The notes: generated from the letters alone by a model not told the origin. DNA of 64,000 nucleotides from Azolla caroliniana (GCA_043228905.1 JBHGNT010000001.1:4898001-4962000), one strand, 5' to 3'; numbered from the stretch's first letter, positions 25,601-38,889 are shown. Numbers and translations: made by a program.

Positions 25601-28600
25601 CTTGACGTAATTTCTTAAGTTTGGAATATTTGTGTACCGTAAGAATGTAAGTGGGCCTAAATATTCACAATTCAAATGGCCTCATGTTGACCGGAAAAGC
25701 TATATTACTAAATTTTGGTGAATAGATACATTTGTGCACACTCATGCTTGAAAAGTATTTTGTTTTGCCCCTCTTATCCAACTTAAGAGTAAAGGTCGTT
25801 CTAGCTTTAACCAGAAATTTGGGGGTATGTGCATTGCAAAACTTGTGTAAGTGCATGTTGGGAAAGGTTATGTCCTCGAGTAGTAATATTGGTAGATGTC
25901 GTGTGAATTAGTTGCTTAACAATTGCCACAACCTCATAAGAAAACATGTGTTATTGGAGAAATAGAAATAATGATTTTCTCTAACCTTTGTTTGGAGAAT
26001 AGTTTGGGCAGTAGGAGTATGGATGTGATTTCATATTTGAATCTTCTATTGAGCAATAGCCAGGTAGGAGTATGTTGCGGAAGTCAACATAGTATAGATG
26101 TGAATTCATAATGGAATCTTCCATTGAATAATAGCCTAGAGAGTGATGCTCTTTTGATGAAAAAGAAAAGCACTCCTATGCACCATAGAAACTATCTCCA
26201 TAGTATCCTTTCTTCTGTTTCTAAATATTGATGGTGAAAATTTAGAATCCAAGACCTTTCCAAAGATCGTGGAGTTGCCTTTACATGCTTGTGATAGTTC
26301 TTATATTGTCTTGGAGCATCTCTATACTCTGAACTTAAAATGTTTTTAGCTTATTAGCTTTAGGAGATCTCAAGGTCCTTGTTATGTGTTGTGTTGATGC
26401 ATCATAGGTTTTAACAAATCACGTTTTGTGATATCGTACATTATATTGCCTTTTAAAAGCAATTTATATAAAGGTAAGTTTCATCCACATTTATCTAAAT
26501 TGCACATTTATAGACAAGTACATCGCTTGTTCTCATTACAACTTACATATATGACTAATGACTCTTTATGATGAGCAATGGAGAAAAATGAGCAAAGTTG
26601 TTTTCAATACAGTTTGCATCCGGCCCAATTGATTTGTGTTGAGAGGAAGAAGGTTGATAGAGTTTTTCAAGGACATTGTTAAAAAGGGCAAAACCCATTT
26701 ATTTGCCGACACCTTTTTTGTCATTTACTAAAATTGCTATGGATATCCAAAGGATACACATGTACTAGGTTAATTTTGGTCTCCATAAAAAGTAATTTCT
26801 TTCATTCTTTCTCTCTCCCTTCGTGGAAAGGTTCTCTTGAAGCTGCAGAATGATCATTGGGCATGATTGGGGCTATTTCTCACAATGTTATAAGAATGTT
26901 AGGAAATTAACTTGACGTATAATTGTAAAGGAAACCGACATAACCTTTTCAACAATTTGCAAAAGTTACGATTGCGACATCTTTTCGGCATAAAGTTAAC
27001 TCAAAGCGTGCAATGTCGTGTTCAAGCTAATATCCTCATTGCCAACATCTTTTGAGTATAAACTTATCAACACCCTATTGGTTTCTACAAGCTTAACATA
27101 GCCAACTTAACTACGGTTTTCATCCATTGCCATTGATTGCAGGAGGAATCTACCATGATTTCAATAGGTCATCTTAACGACCTCTCGAGGACACAATACA
27201 TTGTCATCTCTTTTTGTCTATTTGTATGTCCCAATATGGTTGGCTCCAGTGTAGATTGATATTTACAACTTTTTATCTTGACTTAAAACCTCATAAATTG
27301 TAGTGCTATGTGAGAGACCCCCAAGCAAGATTAGGTGAAAAACATTGTATATTAGAAACAAAGACATCCACATTACAATTTAGTATTGACTTTCAAATAA
27401 CCCATCCTTGATGTACATATGTCTTTGTAAGTAAATAGGGCACCACTTTAGAAAAGCACAACTACCAGCATATGTTAAAATTCAATAGTATGTAATTAAG
27501 TTTGTGCAATCTTTATGAGATGTAAGTGGAGAGGCCAACTTTATAGATGACCAAATTGCATGCATCCATTAATGGCTAACAACTTTTTTAACATTAAAAT
27601 ATAGAGTTAGAATTGCGGATCTTCTTGTTGCCCTATTGCCAATAATGATTTCCAATGAGATGGGTGTTACGATAACAACAAATAACTAAGAGTTTGCATT
27701 TAGTCTAAAAAGTGTTTGAAAATGACAAAAATGTTTATATGGTTCAAAGGTGTAACTTGTTTGTTTTTGTTTTCTTTAACAGGTCCCCTTTGCCCCCAAA
27801 ACAGTTACATACTCATAAAATCAGACTAAAGAAATATGTATGAAATGCAATTTGGGATCCTCTTTATGCTAAAATCATCTCTGCATGTTTTTCTAATTCT
27901 TTGCATTGTGAGAGGTGCATGCTAAAATCATGTCCACATAGTTTGGAAATGTTTTATGTTTTTGGGGTTTTTTTATTGCAATTGAGTCTCACCCTCTACT
28001 TGTTTACTTTATAATAATCTCTCCCATACATCTAGCCCCTACCACGATATATGCACAACGTCTACTCTTGCATGACCTTCAATGAACAATTTGTAGCATG
28101 TTCCCCTAAATAAACTCAAATACGTAAAATAAGACAAAATTCAATGAAACAATTTATAAGAAAATTGTGTCCCGTTGATTACCCATTCAATGAATCTGAA
28201 AAATAAAGTCAAGACTTTGAATGAAGTTCAAGAATAACTTCATATAAGATGCCATGTTTTCAAACTCCTAGATGAAATTCTTGTCTCCACTAATCAAGGC
28301 TCACAAGACTTCATAATAACATATTTTAAGTGATGAGGATGAAGACAAAAGGATGAAAACTCGAAAAAACAATGTATGGTTTGATGGAATAAAGAATGAT
28401 GGATGAAAATAGGTTAGTGAAAAAATGAAGAGAAATATAGAGGTAAGAAGGCGGTTGTCACAAGAGTCCTTGGGGACGTTCATGGGGATCTTGGCACTTA
28501 TTAGAACGCAATAGGCAAACAAAAGTACAGACTTTAGAAGGGGGTTCCAGAGCCTGTTCATTCCACAATTGGAATAGGATAGGGATACTCCATGTTTATG

Positions 28601-28831
28601 ACCTTACTGTTAGAGGTGGGAAAGAGGTTTGTTCAGTTGGCGGGTGCTTTGGATACCTCTTCTATTAAATGCAGATCATATCGTGCTTAAAGATCAGAAT
28701 ATCGAGTGTGCTTAAAGAGACACTTGGGATGCTCTGTATTCTTTTGCACATAGTTGTAGACTCGAGAGAACTATGGGAGAATTGAGCTCATGTTGTTTAC
28801 CACTACATCTGAATGAATGACAATGTCCCAA

Positions 28832-29030
28832 GCATGTATGGGAACAGGGGAGGGTGAATTATTTAGTCATATATACCTCAGCATGCATGGAACATGGCAG
28901 GGTGAATTATTTAGTCATATATACCTTGGCATGCATGGAAACAAGGGAGGGTGAATTATGTAGCCATATATGCCTTAGAAGTTAGCACGTATGGAAACAG
29001 GGGAGTGCGAATTATTTAGTCATATATACC
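28832..29030. repeat. Minisatellite, 4 imperfect copies of a ~49-bp unit
   Basis: The unit gcatgcatggaa..agggtgaattatttagtcatatatacc occurs four times. Confidence 0.9.
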
Positions 29031-30584
29031 GTCTTTCTTCTTTTAGTGATTTCTAATATTACTAGTAGGGAACCTCGGTATGGGGTGAAAACTGTACATA
29101 AAAGTTTATCACCCAAGTTCTCGGAGTACTCAAAGCAAAGAGTGGAAGTTGTAGACATATACCTACATTGATGTAGAACTCATTAGGTGTTTGCACAAAA
29201 GGAGAAGTACGACGGATGTACTCAAAGAATCAATTCCAAATGCAATGGACTCAGTTATAACTATCTGGGTGCAGATTTCAGGGTCTAATTTGGAGTCATA
29301 CACTTCCATGAATCAATGGAGATAGAGATAGATGGGCAAGTGGATGTATAACTACTGCATACTGAGTCAAAGTCTAAGGATTACTACATGAATCTTCAAC
29401 AGCCTATTTAGAGAGACTTTACACATTCTCCTAGCTCATGGTATAAACAGCCAGCAAGTTTTGTACAAAGTTGACCTCTTCTGAATGTTATACCATGATA
29501 CCTGAAAGCAAGCACAATCAGCACTTCGTAGAGGAAAATTGCTTGACCTAACAGTTCATTTGGTTTGTTACCTGAAGATATGCAGATCAACAAACAGAAG
29601 GATACATACACCACATTGTATTATCCTATGACAGTGTTCACAGGCTGATGCACTCATATTCTACTTCTTCCAGGCGTGTATTATTTTGTACACTGTATAC
29701 CCCACATTACAACTACCCATGGTCCCAATATCATTGTAACTTGGTTACATCCTTGTTACATAGGGCACCTACAGAACATTCTCTTATATTCACACACTAA
29801 CTTTTGGTCTCATAGGTTATATTGGACTTTGAAGATGTTCATTATAACAAATCATTCGATATAACATTATAACCAAGAATGGCAAGATATAAAGGCTTAC
29901 ACAAGCTTTGCTCATTATCATCTGAAAGAATAATACTGTTTGAACAAACCATTGGGTACACTGAAGAAAAAATTTACACGTCTCAGAGTACACTCAAGTT
30001 CTACCACGAAGAATGGGCACATAAAAACAGTTACACTAAACACTGCATTTGCTTTGATCATAAGCTCAAAGAATAAGGTAATCTGAACAAGCCAATTGGG
30101 TACATTATGGAGGACCATTTTATAAGACCATTTTTTGAAACGTTTGACCCAAATATGAATCATAAAAAATGGCATAAGCTTTTGGTTAGAATCTCTCTCC
30201 AAGCGAGAATGGTTAGCACCTAGAACAGGACAATTGGCCACAGATTGTCCAATGATAGCACATGAACTCTTTGATTTGAGTGGCAGCTGAAAGTTCATTG
30301 GCGCCACATCAAATTTGTTCACTCAGAGGTAGTAAGGTTAAATACATACTTGGTGTGGAGTTGTCCCACTACAAGATAAAACTGTGTATAAAAACAGTAC
30401 TTCTCCCACCAGCATACTGGATACTTCTGCGCATGGTGTAACTTTGCCATATCTTTAAAAGATGATCCTCTAATATGCATTGATCATAGACATCTTTAAC
30501 CACAATGATGCATGAGAGACAGGAACTTTGTGACTTGTTGCTATCATCAGATGCAGAGATTTGTATGCCCGAACTTATCACCCA

Positions 30585-33544
30585 TCAAAGGATGTTCATC
30601 GTCTCCATTACTTTTAACCTTCCAGTGCTATCTTTGCTATCACCATGCCCAACATCATTAAGGTCCAAAAAGCGTTTATGAAGTTGGGCTGTAACTCTAG
30701 GTTCTTCTGGTCCAGATAAGGAATCCACCGATAGATCTGACTGGGATTCATACTCTTCTACTCCAGGAACAGCTAAGAACAGCTTCTTGAAAACTTTTAT
30801 CGTCCTGCTGGCAGCATGCAGAACATTGCTTGCCTCTGGCGCTACTACACCCATTGACTCTACATGATTGACAAAGGTTTTGGCTTCCTTAGTACCTTCA
30901 TGAATTGTAGGTTGAATTTTGAAAGCCCCAAAGGGGGTCCCCTTTTCATGCCTACACTCTTCTAGGCTTGAATAATGTTCCTCTTTGCAGCATGTTGATG
31001 CAAGAGTAAGGTCTGTGGCCAAGGAGCTTGGCAAGTTAACTTCTGTTCTCATACTGATCAGACATTGTGAACCGTTTTTCTGTTCTGGATTCACAATCTC
31101 ATCAGTCTTAGAGTGATCGGGTCTTTCACACTGGGATGACATAGCATCCACATGTTTTGCATCAAAAGCAAGAGTAAAAGGCATTGATCTATCAGGTTTT
31201 TTTCTGTCAAACTTATTACTCCCATCAAATGTAAAGTTTCTCTTCTTCGGAGCCTCAGATATGATCTCATCAAGCTGCTGCTTAGCAAAAGACCCATTCC
31301 CTATTTCATATAGATCGTATACACCCTCTCTCTTATCAAAATGGGTAACTGCACTGTGAGGATCATCATGATAGGTATGTGCTTCTTCCTTCTTAGTAGG
31401 GAATGCACCAACCCATTGATGCTTCCCTTGAGGAAAATGGATCTCAGCCCCAGTAATCCATGGACGTTTACAAACACCAATAAACCGAGAGAAACCGATG
31501 TTTTTACCCTGGATATGCATGGCACATAATGTTCTCTGCTGACCTGCAAGACATAAAGCCTCATCTACAGCATAATCTGACCTTGTTTGCATGGACTCCA
31601 TGAAACCCATATCTAGCATAGACGTTCTCTTCAAATCAGTATAACTATTATTTGCATTCACTGATATAGATCGACAGGGTTCTGATTTCCGAATGTCAGA
31701 AAGCTTCTCAGTGTTCTGTAATGCAGAAGGCAAAACACTTTTCGTAGCAGCTAGATTACCTTTATTAGCAGCATAAAACTTCCAACCCACATAACGCACT
31801 ATATTTTCTTCACTGACTTTTACAGGTAGCACTTGCACACCCTCATTAGCTAAATTCTCCCCCACTCTACTGATATTGATTGGAGATGTGAGCTTGTCTA
31901 CACAAACATTTCTTGCTTCAACGGGTAAATTTAACCTGAAATTTCCATCTTTGGCCTCTGGAATCTGAATATTGCCATAAGATGATTGCATTTTGGTTAA
32001 AACCCAGAAATCTGCCTCGTTGTGACATTGATGAGCCACCATTGCTGCCATCATCAATAAAGAAAGGCTTCCTAGTTTGGGAAGGATACTCCACAAATCT
32101 TTAGCTAGGCTCGGTGTATCTGGAGTAGAAGCATTATGTTGCTTATGGATCTGACACAACCTGCATAACTACACTGTCATTCCTTTTCATGTTTTTTAAA
32201 TAAGACATTCGAGAAAACTAGCATCCTATGAAATGAAAATGGAACTGTTGAAGGAGAGACTATATATGTCCGTGCATTAGAGAATGAAAGAGAGAATTAT
32301 GGAAAAAAAGAGAGAACATATTCCAACCTTGTATCTACGATGTTGAGACAAACAGCAAATCCACACCTTGCATAGGTTTGTCTGTCCACAAAATCGCATT
32401 GCTTGTAAGGGGCTGATGTATCCTCCAAAATATGTAGTATACAGTACTGAAATCCATGTAATACATATTGAGAACACTGTTCCTTCGAAGATTGACAATA
32501 TCGAACCCCATAAGTCGTTCCTTTGTTAAACGATTTCATGTCTGCACACACTGCACTGATACCACTTCCAGACACGACACAAGATTGTGTCTGAGTCTTC
32601 CTTGTGTAAACAAAAAGCTTTTCATCATCTTCCTTGTCAGCAATACATTCAAAGAGTTTAGAGTCACTTAGAGAAGGTTCGCTGCCCTCATCTGAGCCCA
32701 AAGCTATCACCTTCTCAGAAGGAGAAGCATCATCCTTATGTCTCAATGCCTTCTCTGGGCTATCTGCAAAAGGATATGAGTCTTCTCTGCTTTTTCGTTT
32801 TCCAGACCTCTTACGCCTTGTTATTTGGGTTTCCGCAGCCAAGAATGCCAATGGAGATTTTCGATCAGAGGTCACGTCAAGGCAAGCTTCCTGGTCATCC
32901 ATGTTACTTTGTCCACTATTGACATCCATAAGAGCCTCTGCAGCATGATCCTTAAGAGAGTACGAGTAAAATCATTAAGCCCCATAGAAACAGAGGGATA
33001 CCTCTATATCTAATGATAAACTCACCGAGCGCAAAACATATGGTTTTGTATATGCAACCTCAGCACAAATAACTTGAACTTTCCAATGTTCAGGTGCCAC
33101 AATCTCTGCAACAAATATATCACCATCTTTGATTTCATGACGTGAAACAAAAGCAGGCCAACCACGAGTAAATGTAAGCCTCCTCCCAGACTGCATATAA
33201 GCTATCCAGTCAATACTCCATACTACCCCATCTTTGTCCTCAAGTATAACTTGGCCTTGTGATCCTGTCAAGTATTTGCTCATGAAAGTTATTGGAAGTG
33301 CCTGAAACAAGACAGTATTAGGATGCGGGGCTTTGACTATATTGAAGAAACACAATTTGAAAGGGTTAGGCTATTGTACCAATCTTCCAGCTGGGCCAAG
33401 ACACCTTTTCTGAATAGCCCTAGCAAAGGAAGGATGCTCTGTAACCAGATCTTTCACGTGATCAGTTACTAACTGCCTGTTTGGACTTATGAACCCTTCT
33501 CCAATGTAAGGCTTAAAACCTGATTTTTGAACATAAGGCTCCAT
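30585..33544 (-). CDS. Putative transcription/chromatin regulator of ~879 aa: B3 domain + zf-C3Hc3H (KANSL2/INO80D-type) + degenerate AP2/ERF + C-terminal DLN motif
   Basis: In-frame exons 33544-33380, 33301-33026, 32950-32328, 32160-30585. B3: HPSFARAI..RLALPITFMSKYL..VILED..W..TFTRGWPAFVSRHEIKDGDIFVAE. Basic NLS-like RRKRSGKRK. Zinc finger: CQSSKEQCSQYVLHGFQYCILHILEDTSAPYKQCDF..RCGFAV..LCQIH (~32497-32145). AP2-like: SRFIGVCKRPW..GAEI..GKHQWVGAFPTKKEEAHTY (~31490-31340). FLDLND near 30660. Confidence 0.85.
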
Positions 33545-35510
33545 GCAGAGCTGGAATTATGAAAAAAAGAAGGACTTTAGACAGAGGCAACTGCTGATAT
33601 TGCAAAGAGACAAAGATTAATAGTATAGCAATATGTTGTTACATTCAAAGACTACTATAGACCAATTGTGATGTACCAAACACAAAAGGGTGCAACTGAT
33701 GATACTGCAAAGAAAGCAATATAACTAGTAAACACAAAAGTATACCAATATGTTGTACATTCAAAGGTTACTTTAGAGCAATCATGGTCTACCAAACACA
33801 AGATATTAGCATCGTTAGACAGAAAAGCAACTAACATGAGATACAATTCTGCCAGTTCTATATAAATGCATTGTTCTCACAGGTCCTTTGTCCTTTTGTA
33901 TAATAATATTATTTTCTTTCTGTCTGTCTATATATCTTATGATACCATTGCCAACATATGCCAACTCCTAATATCAGACCACAAGTCTAAACTGCAACTC
34001 AAAACAACATATCAAACAACTAATTTCAAAATATGACCTTTCCATGGTAGCATGAAACTGCATTTCAACCCCAGCCAAAACTAGTAAACCTAAATACAGT
34101 TTCACACAATTTTAAAAAATAACTCATTTGCCACATTTTGAAACCTATCCTGAAACTAAACTCCTTTCTTTGTCTTTCTTTAAGCTTCTCTAGTGTACGA
34201 GAGAGAAGAAATGCAATCAATGTGAGAAACTTATTTTCCATCTGGATCTGCAACTTCTAAACAACTTGCCAGAACACAATGGGGCCCCTCAACATACATC
34301 TATTGCTCACAATAGAGCACTACGTTCTATAGAGCTTTCACATTGATCAACAATTCATAATTTATGGTATTGCCTTCAATCATCATATTATGAAACCCAT
34401 TCGAAAATAAACTCATTTATCTTTCTTGATGTTTTTCATGTGTAATACAGAGGAAGTGAAATCAAAATGAGAAATTTATTCATTCAACATGCAACTTCCA
34501 ACACATTGCTAGCACACAATGAACAACTTCAACATCAAATATAATCTTACAATTGAACATTTTGATGTATGTATAGAGTTTCAGCATTGATTGATATATT
34601 TTACTTAACAGTATTGCATTTTATAAAGAAAAGCTTCATTTTAAACCGTTGGGATGTGAGAAATGAATGTTGAGGATTACAGTGTACATGATCTCAAACT
34701 AAAAGATGAATAATGAAAGCAGCATCTCTTATTAGCATGACTTCTATAAGGCAAAAAAATCACTTGTAAACCCTTGGCTTGTTGAAAATCATTTTTTCAA
34801 AGTCTGCTTGGCCATGATAAATGAGATGTGTTAGCATGATGAGTTTAAGGCTAGGTTTGGGATGTGAATATGATCATCCACATGCATTGAAATATCCATA
34901 TCTTTATTCTTTCGAAAATATTCCACTTCTACTGACTTTCCCTTCAAGAATGTTTGATTCTGGGGCCTTCCTTTCATAAACATCTGATAAATGAGGACTC
35001 GTCATCCAATACATATTTTCCCAATTTGTTCAAAAATGTTCATTATGCACTGGATTCCTCATCTACCTGGCTCTGTTATATATTTCTTGGACACCTGATT
35101 TTTAGCTAGGGTTACTTCTTTCATTCAGTTATCTATTCACACATTTCCTCTCATTATTCACAACCATAGATCTCCATATTGTTCACAACCATGAACCGTA
35201 CTATCCCTCTGTCCTTCTGCCCAATAGGTTTAAAATTCACATATGATTTCTTCTGTTCAACCTTAGAGATTTGAAATTTAGCCTGAAATATTAAATGTAC
35301 ATATCCAACATAATTTTCTTAAAATATAATCAGAAAGAGATCAATTTTCAGTAGACCATAGAGTTCCTATACTGATCTAAAACCAACATTTGAACAATTT
35401 AAAAAACACGTAATTTCTTCACCTTAAAAGTTGAGTCAAAACCACATAGAACACCTTAAAAGCCATCTTTATTGAGCATATCAACTTTTGTAAACATTAA
35501 TCTTCCTTAC

Positions 35511-35591
35511 CCTATTAGTGTGCAGCTACAAGAATTATGCCTTCGGGATGAAAACGCCTCTCCATAACATTTTCTGACATCATGAGCAACC
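35511..35591 (-). other. Probable 5'UTR exon of the B3 gene carrying a 22-aa uORF
   Basis: Flanked by acceptor aatacAG and donor GTAAGG. An in-frame stop rules out an N-terminal extension of the main ORF. ATG 35583 to TAA 35515 gives MMSENVMERRFHPEGIILVAAH. Confidence 0.4.
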
Positions 35592-35808
35592 CTGTATTTC
35601 AACATATCAAGTTCTAAGATAAGATTAAATATATTACTAATCCAGTTTCACTCGCAATTACTCAGTTTTGATCAGGATCTTGAGGTAAATTAAGTGAAAT
35701 AATTAAAAATGTTTACGTACAGATATTCCAAATGTTTCAATCCATCCTATGTATAACCTTCAGCTAACAATGTTCCCTAACCAAGAACAAACAGATTTGC
35801 TTTGTTTC

Positions 35809-36841
35809 TAGCTTCACGATAACTTCCTTCACTACTAACCAAATCAACATCATCATCGAGGGAGAGGATGGAAGAAAGGGTTCAAGTGGATGGGAGGAGG
35901 ATGGGAGGATTATCCAGCTCATGAGGAAACAAACTGAGCAATGGCCCTAACTAGCCAATAGGACTAAGCAAGGTATATCATTCCATCCAATAGCATAATT
36001 AATTGATAAGGAAACTCCAGCATTTCGTCAAGCCTAATCATCAGCATTTCTAAGTGGCCCCCTATTGTATACCGTGGAATGATTAATGGAATACTGGTAA
36101 ACTCCACACTTCCATTGGGCAGTTTTAAAAATTAATCAGCACTCTATTGGTAAGTAGATTCATGATAACTTCCTTCACTACTAATCAAATCAACATCATC
36201 ATCGAAGGAGAGGACGGAAGAAAGGGTTCAAGTGGATGGGAGGAGGATGTGAGGATTATCCAGCACATGAGGAAACAAACTGAGCAGTGGCCCTAACTAG
36301 ACAATAGGACTAAGCAAGGTATATCATTCCATCCAAATTCCAATAGCATACTTAATTGATAAGAAAACTCCAGCATTTCGTCAAGCCTAATCTTCAGCAT
36401 TTCTAAGTGGCCCTATATTGTATACCGTGGAAAGATTAATGGAATACTGGTAAACTCCACACTTCCATTGGGCAGTTTTAAAAATTAATCAGCACTCTAC
36501 TGCGAAGTAGCTTCACGATAAATTCCTTCACTACTAATCAAATCAACATTATCATCGAAGGAGAGGATGGAAGAAAGGGTTCAAGTGGATGGGAGGAGGA
36601 TCCAGCACATGAGGAAACAAACTGAGCAATGGCCCTAACTAGCCAATAGGACTAAGCAAGGTATATCATTCCATCCAATAGCATACTTAATTGATAAGGA
36701 AACTCCAGCATTTCGTCAAGCCCAATCTTCAGCATTTCTAAGTGGCCCCCTATTGTATACCGTGGAAAGATTAATGGAATACTGATAAACTCCACACTTC
36801 CATTGGGCAGTTTTAAAATTAATCAGCACTCTACTGGTAAG
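35809..36841. repeat. Tandem triplication of a ~345-bp unit
   Basis: Copies start at 35809, 36155 and 36508 (tagcttcacgataacttccttcactacta...aatcagcactcta). The copies are highly similar. Confidence 0.95.
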
Positions 36842-36938
36842 CTATATAGTATAATTTTAATATCATATTAAATGGTTTTGATCTTCTACCTCATTAATAG
36901 GGAAATTTAGTGGAGCATCTATAAATAGAGTTCTAATG

Positions 36939-37161
36939 GTGATTAGTGACCAAAGGTTATAAAAGACACATATAGCTTAACAGTTAGAGCACTATTCATG
37001 GACCTTAGAGGAAATTTGAGCTAGGTCTTTTATCCAATAGGATATCTTATTTAGTATTCTAGTCGTGATTAGTGACCAACGGGTATAAAAACACATAGCT
37101 TAACAGTTAGAGCACTAGGAAATTTGAGCTCGGTCTTTTCCTCAATAGGATATCTTATTTA
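36939..37161. repeat. Imperfect tandem duplication of about 100-115 bp
   Basis: gtgattagtgaccaa...ttaacagttagagcacta...ggaaatttgagct...caataggatatcttattta occurs twice. Confidence 0.85.
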
Positions 37162-37304
37162 AGTTGGCCGAAAAATCCTGTACAACAATAGATAGAGAAT
37201 TTCTAGAACAGACTATACAAAGTATTCTATCTCTGAAGAGAGCATATCAGATAACAATCAGGTTCTCTCATCGAAATATGAACATTATGTATAATGACAT
37301 TGGC

Positions 37305-37709
37305 ACATAGTGGTAGAATTAAGAGCTTTTTGCACTAAAGGTCTACAAGGTTACAAGGTAGTTTCACAATAGTGGGATGATTGGACATAGGTATCATATT
37401 GCTAGAATTAGACTCTTATCGGTGGGTTTAATACCTGTTTATTGTAGCAGTTTGTTATTCATCAACTACTTCATTTTCTTTCAAAAAATACTGAATTGGA
37501 AAAAGTACATGGTGGTAGAATTAAGAACTGTTTGCACTAAAGGTCTACAAGGTTATAAGGTAGTTTCACAATAGTGGGATGAATGGACATAGGTATCATG
37601 TTGCTAGAATTAGACTCTTATCGGTGGGTTTAATACCTGTTTATTGTAACAGTTTGTTATTTATCAACTACTTCATTTTCTTTCAAAAAATACTGAATTG
37701 GAAAAAGTA
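37305..37709. repeat. Tandem duplication of a ~202-bp unit
   Basis: acat(a/g)gtggtagaattaaga...ctgaattggaaaaagta starts at 37305 and again at 37507. The two copies are near-identical. Confidence 0.95.
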
Positions 37710-37969
37710 ACAATTTAAAGCTCTATATCTATGCATGCATGCATGTATCTATCTATCTATCTAGTCTTTGTTTCTGAATGTACTTTTTGTTTCCATGTCT
37801 TGGACATTGTTATTATTACAATGAATAACTGAAATCTGATGCACATTGTAATAAAACGAGCCTTCATATACGATTTCCAACAAGCAAATTTGAATTTCTT
37901 CAATCATTCTAAAATGAAAATGATATGTTTGTTTCCATGGCTCTCCCAACAAGGTCATTGTCACTTGCA

Positions 37970-38880
37970 CTCTCAAGCCTTATGGCATTATAGGTGTTAT
38001 TCATAAGAGCAAACACATTCACAAAGAGATTGTCATGAAAAGCAAAAAGAGGGCTTGTCTTTGCATGAGGTCATTTGCAGAAACATAGGAAATATTGATA
38101 AGGGAAGCTAATGATAAGATTTGGAACTGGGGATGTTGCAGAAAAACATTGTGCTTGGTCATACTTTGGTATGCATGTATGCTGAATGTGATCTACTAGC
38201 AAGTGCACAAAGAGCTTCCTATCCAAGATGTGGTTTTCTGCAAATATGGAAATTCCAGGACCCTCACTGAATGCAAACACATGATAGTCTTGGAGCTATC
38301 AAAAAATTCAAGAGGAGATTGTTTATTGGATCTTGTTTTTGAAGAATGGTGAGTTTGGTAATACTTTGGTGGATATGTACGCTAGGTGTGGCATTTGCAA
38401 AAGGAAAGGTACATGAACAGTCTCCCATTCAAGACACGATGTTTTGAAATACATTTATGACAGGGTATGTGCAACGCAAGCAAGATCATGAAGCATTTAG
38501 GTAGCAGAGATGCAGAGAGAGGATCTTTCTCCAGATCAGACAAACCTCATCCTTCAAAGATTGTAGCACCAAAAAGGCAATTGAAAAAGGGAAACAAAAC
38601 CATTATAGGCATGTCCAACAAAGAGCTACGTTACAAAACATTCACATAATTTGAGCAAATGCAAAAGGAGAGAATCTCTCTCAATGAAGTGAGATTCATT
38701 TACATTCTAAGGGCTTGCCGTAACCTACGTTCTGTTGGAAAGGGCATATGAGTTCACAATGAGATTGCCCGCCACAGGTTTCTGAGAAACGCGTTTTATA
38801 ACAGATTGGTAGATATGTATATCAAATCTGGTGTGCTTGCAAAAGCACGAGAAGTGGTCGAAGTTCATCCTACACAAGAT
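37970..38880 (+). pseudogene. Decayed PLS-class PPR pseudogene
   Basis: Fragments in shifting frames: HIHKEIV, GHTLVCMYAEC, ELPIQDVV, GNTLVDMYARCG, SLNEVRFIYILRAC..GKGI*VHNEI, LVDMYIKSGVLAKAREV. Same motif style as the intact PPR genes at 46-57 kb, with many stops and frameshifts. Confidence 0.85.
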
Positions 38881-38889
38881 TCTCTTGAG

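Noticed and set aside
28832-29030. Four ~49-bp repeats considered as a CRISPR-like array
   Set aside because: The units are contiguous with no unique spacers, the context is eukaryotic and there are no cas genes. It is an ordinary minisatellite.
29918-30322. 134-aa ORF downstream of the B3 gene
   Set aside because: Non-ATG start and no motifs; probably 3'UTR.
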